Source of the DNA: Gracilinanus agilis
Lineage: Eukaryota
Direction: 5' to 3'
Assembly (NCBI RefSeq): GCF_016433145.1
Contig: NC_058133.1
Coordinates: 389,781,483-389,839,383 of the forward strand
DNA length: 57,901 nucleotides
Shown here in pieces: positions 1-11,317 of the stretch (positions are counted from its first letter, which is position 1; each line of letters begins with the position of its first letter). The notes beneath the pieces were generated by a model. It worked only from the letters and a program-made list of their open reading frames with translations, was not told the origin of the DNA and made no database searches. Position numbers and translations under genes: made by a program.

Positions 1-64
1 AAGGAAGGAAGGAAGGAAGGAAGGAAGGAAGGAAGGAAGGAAGGAAGGAAGGAAGGAAGGAAGG
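1..64. repeat. (AAGG)16 microsatellite, cut by the left window edge
   Basis: Perfect AAGG units read directly. Confidence 0.97.
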
Positions 65-1343
65 AAGCTACTTAAGAGAAGAAGAAAAAATTCTGCTAAT
101 TTTAAAGAGGGGTTTACTAACTTGTTATTCATAATGTATACTTTATATCTATTAACTTACTGTATGTATAGACAAGACTAACTACTTATTTAGAATTAAT
201 GCAAAGAGACACAGCATGATGTCACAGATGGTGGCTTGGTTTTGAAGTCAAAATTCTGACATAGGATTTTAGGATCTTTTCCTTCTTCTGACACTTAATA
301 TATTTGTGGTCAAGGGCAATTCACATAACTTCTCACTGCCCATAGCCAACTCTACAGGATTATAAATTATTCACAAGTTGTCCGTTCTTAGTGGAGGGAA
401 TTTCCATACCATCATTTCCCCAAAGGAATGAAATGACAAATAGGTACAGTTCACCCCTATCATTCATACACTAATTAATTATAGTTGTTGAGCAGATATA
501 GTAGGAAAGATCAAAGTGTGAAGGGGAGTTGCCATTGTGAAGTTTTAGGCTGGTTTTAGTTGCTATTTTATAGACAGACTGTGGGGTTCTTTATGCCACA
601 GAGAAACTCACCAAAGTAGTTCAACTGGTTTTCTAGATGTCAAGATATTACTTAATTCTAACATCATGTCTTGCTGCTTCCTATACAATGCACATGTCTT
701 ATATGATGTGGGTGTATGAGTGTACATATACTGTTTACATATATTTTGTATATGCATGTGTATAAGGTATACAAATATATCAATGTGTAATATTTAATAG
801 ATATGAATATATAATGTATCTCAAAAATATTAGTGTAGTTTTAAGTTATTCAAATATAAAACTGCACTAATAATTTAGGACACCAGCATTTGATAAGTAG
901 AAAGAAGATATAATTTGTAATGATGAGCCCTGAGTTCTGACATGGGCTGGTCATATGACCATGAACAAGTCTTTTAGCCTCTGGGTATCCTCCCTTATAC
1001 CTCCTTCAGCAACTCTTTAACTTTGTAAGTTGAACAGTAATTGCTGATCTGCTTTGTAGAAAGAAATTTCCACAGTGGAAGTTCCTCACATTGAGGAAAT
1101 AAGAACACACATAGAGAATATACATTCTGAGCTTCAAATAAAGTTATTCTCTGATTCCTCAATGTAATATGGAAATAATCAAAGGTTCTCAAGATTTCTA
1201 CCAGTGGATCCAAATATTTCATGCAGATCCAAAGTAAATAGACAATGTATAGATGCAATAATAGCTTATATATTTGTGGTCTGGGGACTAGCCAGAAAAA
1301 GAAAAAAATTTCTAATAATTAGTTGAGGAGTTATGCTCTATAT

Positions 1344-1556
1344 CATTGATGACAAACTTTTTAGAGATTGAGTGCCAAAACCATCCTCTCACACTGCATG
1401 TCAGCTGCTCTCTTACTCCTGACATGGGAGGAAGGAAGCACTCTTATTGGGCTGCTGGGCAGAGGGGTGGGTGATGTGAAAAATATTCTCAGGTAAGGTG
1501 GAGAAGGGGAGGGGAACAACCCCCTCTGCACGGGTTCCATAGGTTTGCCAACATGG
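1344..1556. mobile_element. Non-autonomous hAT-type DNA transposon (MITE), 213 bp
   Basis: Degenerate TIRs: CATTGATGACAAACTT and reverse complement CCATGTTGGCAAACCT (11/16). Flanking 8-mers CTCTATAT (1336-1343) and TTCTACAT (1557-1564) match 6/8, consistent with a hAT 8-bp TSD. Interior is similar to 39497-39841. Confidence 0.75.
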
Positions 1557-1624
1557 TTCTACATGGACAGCCAGTACCACAGAAATTATAATTTGTGGTT
1601 TAAGGATTAGGAGAAACCATTAAA

Positions 1625-1845
1625 ATATGCACATCTATTTATATACATATGTGTGTTTATATACATATAGACAGGTGTCCTAAAAAAGTACAATTTTAAG
1701 CTGTGGTAGCTACATCTGAAAATATATACAAATGTCTATATATAGGTATATGTGTGTAAACATATGGATATATACTTGAAACTCATATTTGACTTTATAC
1801 CAATACATATATGTGTATGTGTGTGTGTGTGTATACATATATGTG
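1625..1845. repeat. Alternating purine-pyrimidine low-complexity tract (TATA/CATA/TGTG)
   Basis: Read directly; includes a short (TG)n run near 1815-1832. Confidence 0.8.
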
Positions 1846-2025
1846 AGAAGCTAGGACATTTACCAGAAATTAGACTATCAAAAAATGAAACACACAGAAC
1901 ATAATGACATACTTACAAATGTCTAAATCTTGTGAAAAAAATGATTAATTTATGTTCCTATAAACAGTAGCATAGCAGAATAAACTTCTTATTAATGGTT
2001 ACTGGGAAAATTTTCCTCTCCTTTT

Positions 2026-2167
2026 TCACACCTAATACCACAGGGATTCTATCTTAGTGGTTTTCTGTGAATGACATTTTATTGGCTGAGTTCCTGAAAG
2101 GTCCCAGTACTTTGGGCATTAACTCAGAGTTAGCAATGTAAAATAGGGCAAAGTAATAAAAGGTGAT
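2026..2167 (+). promoter_or_regulatory. Putative promoter module of first TAAR7-like gene
   Basis: TCACACC (2026), CAGGGATTCTATCTT (2041), ATTGGCTGAGTTCCT (2081), GTACTTTGGGCATT (2107), TATA-like AATAAAAGGTGAT (2155). The same motif series lies upstream of the other two + strand TAARs. Confidence 0.7.
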
Positions 2168-2224
2168 CCTTGAATCAAAGAATCCTTGAGCATATCACTG
2201 AACTTGCAGAATAGATTGTCAGAG

Positions 2225-2554
2225 GTACAGCAATAGAGAATTAAAGGGAAATTTTACCAGGTAGATAAGAATTTACTGTCATGATAACAATCCTTAGTAT
2301 ATACTCAGTGTTATTTATTTAATTATTTTGATTTGGGAAAGCAGTTAATATAACATAGAATGGGGATTCTTTGTTTATAATAAAGGGAGATGAAATTAGG
2401 CATTTAATTAGTGCCTACTATGTGCAAAGCAATGTGCTATGTGCTTTACAAATGTTATCTCAGGGAAATAGATTATAATGCATGAAGGAGAATCTTTGAA
2501 CAGATAAGCATTTAATTTATCTTTTTTTCCTCCCATTAACATTAAATATTTCAG
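2225..2554 (+). other. Predicted 5'UTR intron of first TAAR7-like gene
   Basis: Donor CAGAG|GTACAG sits at the position homologous to the gene-2 donor (alternative ACCAG|GTAGAT at 2261). Acceptor TTAAC..ATATTTCAG ends at 2554. Both donors are weak; inference only. Confidence 0.4.
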
Positions 2555-2616
2555 TGATAGTTTCTCTGCGATTCCAAAGAAAAACAAAGATACACCATAA
2601 CTCAGAGAGAGGAACA

Positions 2617-3669
2617 ATGAGCAGCAGCAATAGTTCCCAGCCTGTAGCTGTGCAGTTCTGCTATGAAAACATGAATGGGTCCTGTATCAAAACCTCCTAC
2701 TCCCCAGGATCCCGAGTCATCCTCTACTTGGCCTTTGGATTTGGGGCTCTGTTGGCTATTTTAGGAAACCTCCTGGTGATGATTTCAATTCTTCACTTCA
2801 AGCAGCTGCACTCTCCAGCCAATTTTCTCATTGCTTCCTTGGCTAGTGCTGACTTCTTGGTGGGAGCCACTGTGATGCCCTTCAGTATGGTGAGGTCAGT
2901 GGAGAGTTGCTGGTATTTTGGGGAGAGTTACTGTAAATTTCATTCCAGTTTTGAAGGGTCATTTTGTTATTGTTCCATTTTTCACTTGTGTTTCATCTCC
3001 ATTGATAGATATATTGCTGTCACTGACCCTCTGGTCTACCCAACTAAGTTCACTCTGTCAGTTTCAGGAATGTGCATTATGTTCTCCTGGCTCCTGGCCA
3101 TCACATTTAGTTTTTCACTTCTTTACACAGGTGTCAATGATGATGGGCTGGAGGAATTAGTAAGTGCCCTCGCCTGTGTGGGAGGCTGTCAGATTGCTGT
3201 GAATCAAACCTGGGTATTGATTGACTTCCTGTTGTTCTTCATTCCCACCCTAGTTATGTTCTTTCTTTACTGTAAAATTTTTCTGGTAGCTAAACAACAG
3301 GCTAGAAAGATTGAAAGTATGAGCAGCAAAACCGAGTCTTCCTCAGAGAGTTACAAAGCCAGAGTGTCCAAGAGGGAGAGAAAAGCAGCAAAAACACTGG
3401 GCATTGCAGTGGCTGCATTTCTGATTGCATGGTTCCCTTATTTTATTGAAACTATAGTTGATGCATTCCTAGGGTTCATCACCCCAACATATATATATGA
3501 AATTTTAGTTTGGGTTTCCTATTATAACTCAGCTATGAACCCTCTGATTTATGCTTTCTTTTACCCTTGGTTTCGAAGAGCAATTAAACTGATTGTCACT
3601 GGGAAAGTCTTTACAGGTCACTCTTCAACAATAGATTTGTTTTCTGAACAAATTAAGGTTTTAGACTGA
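2617..3669 (+). CDS. TAAR7: Trace amine-associated receptor, TAAR7-like paralog A (350 aa from ATG 2617)
   Basis: 7-TM aminergic GPCR with TAAR signatures ([45 protein letters not shown]). [17 protein letters not shown] and [12 protein letters not shown] resemble rodent TAAR7 as recalled. The ORF track's GTG start at 2554 is probably not used. Exact paralog name is uncertain. Confidence 0.9.
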   Translation: MSSSNSSQPVAVQFCYENMNGSCIKTSYSPGSRVILYLAFGFGALLAILGNLLVMISILHFKQLHSPANFLIASLASADFLVGATVMPFSMVRSVESCWYFGESYCKFHSSFEGSFCYCSIFHLCFISIDRYIAVTDPLVYPTKFTLSVSGMCIMFSWLLAITFSFSLLYTGVNDDGLEELVSALACVGGCQIAVNQTWVLIDFLLFFIPTLVMFFLYCKIFLVAKQQARKIESMSSKTESSSESYKARVSKRERKAAKTLGIAVAAFLIAWFPYFIETIVDAFLGFITPTYIYEILVWVSYYNSAMNPLIYAFFYPWFRRAIKLIVTGKVFTGHSSTIDLFSEQIKVLD

Positions 3670-3778
3670 AGAAGTAAAATATGTAACAAAGTTAAAAATT
3701 AAATAGGTGAATTATTATTATGAGTTTAAAGTGTGCTTTCTACATTCAATCCTAATCTGAATTTCAGACTTCATGTTT

Positions 3779-3784
3779 AATAAA
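3779..3784 (+). terminator. Candidate poly(A) signal of first TAAR7-like gene
   Basis: First AATAAA, about 110 nt after the stop codon. Confidence 0.4.
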
Positions 3785-4383
3785 ATTCATTTACCACACC
3801 AATTTATATGTGAATAGTGTTTAAAAGTTGTCTTCAGAGATGACCTTCAAGTCCTCTCCTTTTTCATTTGAAATTTGTTTTAGTTTATTATTCCTTAACT
3901 GTGTAGTAAGAAGAAGAAAAAGGACTTTTTTCTTCTATAAAGAATATTTTTTAATCTTATTTTATTCCCTCCTAAGTCTTTAATTTACTGGAGATAAGGC
4001 ACCTCTTTTGCCTATTATGATTCCTTCCAAAAACATCTCTGATTTATTTTTTCCTTTTAAAATTAAAAAAATTCACATTTAATGAATCATAATAATTCTC
4101 TGTGTTGCTATTAATTATATTGATTTAAATCAGTAGATCCTAAATGTTTTCAGCTCTGTTCAGAAGGATAAAATTTTGAGGGTTTTTTTTCTTTCTTTCT
4201 ATATATTTTCCTTTAAAAAAAGTGAAGGGATTTCCCTCAGAAAATAGATCATGCAATGACAATGGTTTTCTACCCAAAAAGTCTTTGTCTTTCTTATTGA
4301 GAATATCCCTTGCAATTTTCTTAGCCTCATACAGGTGTTTTTTGGAATATATGTGCCTTTTATAATTTCTTCTTTAATCACAA

Positions 4384-4622
4384 GCATTTATATAGGATTT
4401 ACTATGTATCAGGCATTGTGCTAAGTGCTTTACAAATATTTTCTCATTTGTTCTTCACAACAACCCTGAGAGGTAGGTGCTATCATCCTCCCGATTTTAC
4501 ATTCGGGAACCTGAGGCAGAGAGAAGTAAAGTGACTTGCCCAGAATCACAAGGATCTGAAGTTGAATTTGATCTCAGATTCAAAGTCCAGCATTTGTATT
4601 CACTATACCAAGTAGCTGCCTC
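4384..4622 (-). mobile_element. MIR-type CORE-SINE
   Basis: CORE segment AAGTGACTTGCCCAGAATCACA and MIR tail CATTGTGCTAAGTGCTTTACA in reverse orientation. Confidence 0.8.
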
Positions 4623-5819
4623 ATTAACAATGAGATAATGAGGCAATACATTACCAATAAATATACTTCAATAATAATAATAATAATACAAATCAGAAGT
4701 TACAGCAGATTCTAATTTGTTTTTGTAACATTATAATTTTGTTGTTATTATATGTGACATATATGATTATTACTGTATTAATTATGTTATACTATTATTA
4801 ATATTTTGCTCAGTTGATTAATATGAGATTCCTTCATTCATCTAAAAAAGGTATAAAATTAACATTGAATGGTATTGATTTTACATTGTAATTGCAATTA
4901 AATATACATAAATATAAATATGTATATATGTACACATAAATATATATATGCTATTATCCATCATACATGCTATGTTTCAACAATGCATACTAAACTTTTT
5001 TCTTATGACTTGCTATATAGTCATCAGCCCATGGATGCAGTTTCTTTTCTCTTTAAATAAAAATGCGAGATATTTTAAAAGAGATTATAGATGTGTTTGT
5101 TTTAAATCTTTAAGAACTAAATTATAGTTTCATATATATATAAACATTAAAATATTTAAATAATTCTTTGTGCATTTCAATGCTCAGCATGTCTGTTAGA
5201 AAATATGTGCTGTGATTTGTAAACTGAATATTAAAATTTCATATGAACTTTGTCTTCTTTATAATTTAATACATTGCTGATATTAGTCTTGCATCCTCCT
5301 GATGGGAACTGGATCTTCCAGAATATGGTCCCTGGACTATCTTAGAGCACAGATTTTTAAAGAGGGGCTTTTCCTTGCCTGGGGTATATTTGAAAGTTTC
5401 TCATCCTTTGTTGTTCAGTACTTGAGCATTTTTAATTTATTTAAGTGGTCAGAAGATGACTTCAGTACTCATTTTACTCTCTTGATTATATAAAAGGAAT
5501 GCTGGCTGGTCACATACCCCAGTTGGAATATGTAGTAGGTATAGAAAGATTTTATACCTTGGACTTTTCACAGCATGTTTCCAACTGGCTTTTGCCTTAA
5601 AAAGAGATAATCCATTTCAGTGCTATTAATGTGGACAAAGGGCCCATCTGTGATGAATATTATACTCTATAGTTTCCAGCTCCTATTCAGAATCCTGAGA
5701 CAATCCACATTTTTGTTTGCCAGATATTTCAATATACTTATATAAAAAGTTCTCTCTCTGAGATGTGAATAGGAGAGACAAAATATAACAAAGACATCAA
5801 AATGGAGCATAGAGGAGCA

Positions 5820-6013
5820 TAGTTTTAGACTTGGAAGGGACCTTAGAGACCATCAAGTCTAAGACCCTCCTTTTTCAAATGAGAAAACTGAGGATCAGCA
5901 AGATTAAATCATTTGTCCATAGCCATTTAGCTAACATGTCTAAGAAAGGATTTAACTTCAGGTCTTCTTGACTTTATGTCCAGCATTCTATACACTCTGC
6001 CACTTAGCTGTCT
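5820..6013 (-). mobile_element. MIR3-like CORE-SINE
   Basis: TAGACTTGGAAGGGACCTTAGAGACCATC tail plus AAACTGAGG core, reverse orientation. Confidence 0.7.
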
Positions 6014-6791
6014 AACAGTTCCAATGTTTGGAGAGTAGGCACAGATTACAAAGGCCTCACTCCCAAATTGATGTTTCTAAAGCCTCCAAGTTGATTATAT
6101 GATAATCTGTTGATTTTGTTCTCTTGATGATAATACTGGTATGAGAAGTCCCCTGCACCTTTACTAGATGTATAGGATTTGATTCAACTTTATTTTTCAT
6201 GAAAAAAAATGTTTATTTCTAGGACATAAAATCATTGTGATGCTCTCCAGTCCATCCTTCATCTTGGCTGTTTTGGGTCAGAAATAATATAGGGAATCAA
6301 GGTTTTTCTAAGTCCTTTATGGGGCGACATAAATCTGACTGGTAACTAACTATTAAAAAAAATGTGTCATAGGACTTCAAATTCAAACATTCTCTGGTAA
6401 TATAGGCTTCCATATTCTGAAAAAAAAATGCCTCTGACCTCCCATAACACTGATGTTCACAAAATTCACTCCACTCTTCTCCTCCCTAAAGGTCATATTT
6501 AAGTCTAGTTGTCCAGAAAGTCCAAACTTATACCCTGTATAGCTTAAATTTAACCTACATGGGTCTCGGGTTTTTTATACTAAATTTTTTAATAGTACAA
6601 GATGATCTCTAAGATACCTTAAAATTTTTATTTCAATAAGTTGGACATTTCTAATTCTTCTTTGGAGATAGTATTCTTATTGGTATCCGGTGAATCCCAT
6701 TGTGCTTCTATTGTAAATTATGGCACATTTTCTCTCATATCCCCTGATATAAGAAGCTTATGAAAATAATGTGGCAATCCAATGATAAATA

Positions 6792-7042
6792 GAGGCAACT
6801 TGATGGTGCAGTGGATAGAATGCTAGGCTCGAAGTCAGACTCATCCTCTCAAGTTCAAATCTGGTTTCAGATACTAGTTTGCACAGTCTTGGGCAAATCA
6901 CTTAACCCTGTTTGCCTCAGTTTCCTCAACTGTCAAATGAGTTGGAGAAAGAACTTGGAAAGCTCCTCCAATATTTTTGCCAAGAAAAATTCCAAATGAG
7001 GTCACAAAAAATCAGAAATGACTGAAAAAAAAGACTGAATAA
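6792..7042 (+). mobile_element. MAR1-type marsupial SINE (tRNA head, CORE, RTE/BovB-like tail)
   Basis: GTGCAGTGGATAGAATGC head, GTTCAAATC B-box, CORE, tail CCAATATTTTTGCCAAGAAAA..GACTGAA. Confidence 0.8.
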
Positions 7043-7596
7043 TGTTAAATGACAAGGCTGAAGGTGGGAAGGCAATTTCTAAATACTGTTGAAATTATTT
7101 CTAAATACTAACAAGGTAATTGAGCTATCTACTACCCAAATTTCCTTCTTTCATGATTCAGTCTTTTGTTGTATAAAATATGAAAGTTTTAACCATAGGA
7201 TATTGATTCCAAGAATGTCAACTTAATTCAGAGGTTATTCAGCTACAGGGTCTTGTTTATTGGCACCAATAAAAAGGAAATATGATCTAGGCTTGGCAAA
7301 AGTCTCCAAAAAAAAGCAAAAAAATGCTAGGTCCTGGGGATTGGAAGCAAAAAATGAAATGGACCCTGCCCTCAAGCATATTAAAGTTTTATCAAAGAAA
7401 ACTACATAGGGTCATAGATTTATTACCCTCTCCAACACCACAAAGACTTTCAGTGGTCATGTAATCTACCTCCTCTCATTAAAAAAATTTTAAAATAATG
7501 AAATTCAATTTCAGAGAGATTAAGCTACTTGACTAAGATCCCCCAAATAATATTGGGCAGAAGAAGGAATTGAACTAGATCCTTTGTTGCCAAGCA

Positions 7597-7832
7597 AGGG
7601 GCAGCCAGATGGCAGAGTGGATTAAGTGCCAGACTTGGAGTCAGGAAATTCAACTCTGGCCTAAGATGCTTAGTTGTGTAACCCTTGGCTACTTGTTTGC
7701 TTCAGTTTCTTCATCTGTGAAATGAGGTAGCGAAGGTAATGGTAAACAACTCCAGTATCTTTTCCAAATAGACCTCAAAAAGGATCACAAAAAGTCAGAC
7801 ATAACTTAAGATGACCAAACAACATCAACAAC
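7597..7832 (+). mobile_element. MAR1-type marsupial SINE
   Basis: Same architecture; tail AACTCCAGTATCTTTTCCAA..GTCAGACA..CAACATCAACAAC. Confidence 0.75.
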
Positions 7833-8326
7833 CCTTGATGGCAAAGGCTCTATCTTTCCACCGTACCATATTGCTACATTTCCTATGCATATATACTGTT
7901 AAGGTTTAACACATTTCTAATGGCTTTTTTGATGTTTATAATGTCAAGATTATTGAGAGGAAATGGATACCTTCAATAACTTTGCAATGTTCCAGCCCAA
8001 AATGGTCAACGTGCCCTGAACAGTGCCCACACTTTCTTCTACTCCTTAGCAAAGTTGCATACTAGCCATTCCAAAATAGTGACAGTACATTTCTTGTGCT
8101 GAGTTGAAATTTCCCACATTATCTAATCCTAAAAGATCACCCCTGCTCTTTGTCTTGAAACACTATATAAGCCTGTACCTCCTTTATACCGTTCTCTCCA
8201 GGGGGAACCATGGGTCTGTCCAACACCAACCTACTCCCACATATGTGTATTTGAATTCTTTCAGTGGATTATAAACATCTTAGCCTTACAGTTGTATGCT
8301 TGTTTGGTTTAATGTTGACAATATAT

Positions 8327-8512
8327 TGAGGCAATGTGGTGCAGTGAAAAGAACAGTGAACTTGGGAGCTCACAAAACTGAGTTCAAATGCCACTTCTAA
8401 CCCTTCTAACCCCAAGAAATTCATATCATGTCTCTTGATCTGTTTTCTCACCTGTAAAATTAGAATGTTGAATGAGATGACTTCTAAAGTCTCTCATAAA
8501 TCTGTAATCTTC
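8327..8512 (+). mobile_element. MIR3-like SINE
   Basis: Degenerate tRNA head, CTGTAAAAT core, GATGACTTCTAAAGTC tail. Confidence 0.6.
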
Positions 8513-8544
8513 TAAGTATAAGAAAATACATGCAAAATAAGCAC

Positions 8545-9358
8545 AGGGTAATTTTAGGATGCAGGAGGCACTAAATTTGGGGGCGGAGAATTAGAAAATG
8601 TTTCATGTAAAAGGTGGTGCATGAGATAAATTTTGAAAGAAGTTGGAACTTCTAAATGATAGGAGTGAGGATAAATTCTACTCTAAGCATTGGGGAAGTC
8701 TGTTTAAAAGGCACAGAGATAGCAGATTCAATGTTATCTGTGAAAACCAGCACAAAGGCCAGAATGGCTAGATCATAGTATTCCTGAAGGAAATAAAAAC
8801 TCTAGAAAGGTATGCTTGACTCTGATTCCCAACAGAGAACTTTATGTCTTGATGGAGAAATAAAATAGAACCTCTGGAGATGTGATCTTATATGATAATA
8901 GGCCTAGAAGAATAAGTTTGTAATGCCCAATACTATATAAATAAAAATATAATTAAAATGAAAATAAACCCCAAAACTGAAAAGCCAATAATGGGTCTTG
9001 AAGTGGATAATGAAATATGCTTGCCTATTTTCAGCAGGGAATGTTGCATCTATTAAATAAAGTAGTCAATGTATTGACTGTGTTGTTGCTTAACCATTTT
9101 GCTTGGTTAAAAAGGATAGTTCAAATATGTGGAAGTATAGGGGAAGAGGGTTGAGCTTACCTGAAAATGACTATGATGCAAAGACTCATGGCATTAAACA
9201 AGATGACAACAAAAAAATCAGGAAATACTTATATGAAGTGATTCAAAGTAAAGTGAGCAGACCAAGGACAACATTGTACACAATAACAACAATAATGTAT
9301 GACAAACAACTGTGAATAGTTTTGCTATTCTCAGCAATGATCCAAGATAACCCCAAAG
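8545..9358. mobile_element. Decayed L2 (-) fragment followed by L1 3'-end (+) fragments
   Basis: 9230-9358 resembles the marsupial L1 3' region (GTGAGCAGACCAAGGACAACATTGTACACA..GCTATTCTCAGCAATGATCCAAGA). 8545-8830 is a purine-rich L2-like antisense stretch. Confidence 0.5.
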
Positions 9359-10874
9359 TAGAGTTTGTAAGAAAGATTCCTAGCTAAGCCAAATGAAGCC
9401 AGAATCACTCTAGGCTATAAGTTCCTGAGTAGTAACATTATTAGAGTGTTACATTACTGGTTGTAGGAATGGATCAAAGAAAATAGTGTTCTGTGTTGTC
9501 AAGTAGTGAAACAGGCAGATATATTTAGTTCTCAACTCATTAACTGAAATATATTAAATATTTTTATTTATATTTATTAGACATCCACTATGTCAGGGTT
9601 TGTGCGCACAGAACATACAGGAATTATTACAATTGTACTGTAAAACTTACGTAAAATCCACTGTTTGCTTATTGAATTTGAAAAAAAGTAAAATCATTCT
9701 TACATATTTATTGGCAAATGATAAAATCAGAAAAGTTAATTCAGAGAAATAAGTAGGTTGCATGGACTGCTGATATGGTGGCCTACTATATTGTCTTGAA
9801 AATAGTTCTTCAAGTAAGTACTCCCCAAAGATAAGTTTAGCTTGATTTTCATTCAAAGATCCTAAATTTCATGAGTCTAATCATAAAATCATGGGGAAAA
9901 AAGTGATTATTGGTAACAATACACACTGGAATCATTAAATGAACTCAGATCATGAGGAAATTATATAATCATAGATCAATTAATAAGCAAGCACTTATGA
10001 AGTACCTACTATATAATGTCAGAGACAGCAGCAGGCATCAGATATATGAATAGCAGTCCCCGTAGCTTACATTTTATCTGAGGAGTCAACAGGTACACAC
10101 ACACATTCACATAGATATACACATATATAAAGCAGAATATATGTATCTATAGAATATTACATGTATTAATGTAGAAAGATATTACATATCTAATATTACT
10201 GAATATATATATGAGTCTAAGGTTCTAGGGAAGGAGAGATAAGAAAAGACTACAACTAGAAATAAAGTTTATAGTCTGTATTCAAGGAAGTATGGGATTC
10301 TACAAGATGGAGGTAAGAAAGGAAACCATTCCAACATACCATGAGGTTTGGCCAATGTAAGAGTACAGAGATGGGAAATAGATTGTTAAGTCTGAGAAAA
10401 TACAAAAAGGCCAGTTTGGTTAGACCACAGATTGTTGCAAGAAGAACAATATATAATAACAGCTGAAAGGTAGGTTAAGTCCAGGTTGTGAAGGTTATAA
10501 AAGCCAAAAAACCTGTTTTTCAAAGTTTAACTGAAGACTATTAGTGAAGATGGAAAGATGAAAGATGAAAGGTCCAACTTTTCAATAGAAACCCTGAAAA
10601 ATTTCAGAAAACTGCCCTGAAAAGACCAATGATAAAAGCAAAAAAAGAAACCAAAGTAAGCTCCTCCATCCAGTCTAGAAGTACCGAATAAAATAGGAAG
10701 AAGACTGAAAGGATGTTGGGAGTACAGATGAACAATAAAGACAATGGCTTCTCAGAATCTCATAACATTTTAGTGTTATCTATAAAGATGTGATCTGCTA
10801 GAAAATATCATTTGCAAAAACCTCACTCTTTCCTTGTCATGTCTTCATTAAGTATTCCTCCAATCCCCCAAAAT

Positions 10875-11317
10875 TCTGAAAAGACATATGAAGTGATACA
10901 AAATGAAATGAGTAAAGCAAGGAGAATGTTGTACATAGCAACAATGATAATATATGATGATTATCTATAAATGACCTAATTCTTTTCACAAGACAAGGAT
11001 CCAGGACAGCTCCAGGGGAATCACAACAAAGAAGAATATTCATTTTCATAGAAGGATCAAATATAGTCTGAATGCAAATTGAAACATACCATTCTTTATT
11101 TTATTTACTCCATGAATTTTTCTCTAGTGTAAGAAATATGTATTTTGATTCATAGCATGACAAAAACGGAAATATATTATATGATAATATTTGTACATCT
11201 TACATAATATTACCTTCTTTCTTGGGGAAAGATGAGGAATGAGGAAAGAGAGAACCTGGATTTCAAAATGTCAGAAAATGAATATTAAAAATTATATTGA
11301 CATAATCTGGAAAAAAT
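10875..11317 (+). mobile_element. L1 3'-end fragment
   Basis: GAAATGAGTAAAGCAAGGAGAATGTTGTACATAGCAAC..GTCTGAATGCAAATTGAAACATAC..GGAAAAAATA, typical of marsupial L1 3' ends. Confidence 0.7.

Noticed and set aside
2554-2616. 21-aa N-terminal extension of paralog A from GTG 2554
   Set aside because: Non-ATG start that overlaps the predicted splice acceptor AG (2553-2554); homology to TAARs begins at ATG 2617.
2953-2955. Asp3.32 to Glu as evidence of pseudogenisation
   Set aside because: Both ORFs are intact, the substitution keeps the charge, and I recall Glu3.32 in some rodent TAAR7 paralogs.
6792-6870. tRNA-like A/B boxes as tRNA genes
   Set aside because: They are SINE heads, each followed by CORE and tail sequence, with no complete cloverleaf.
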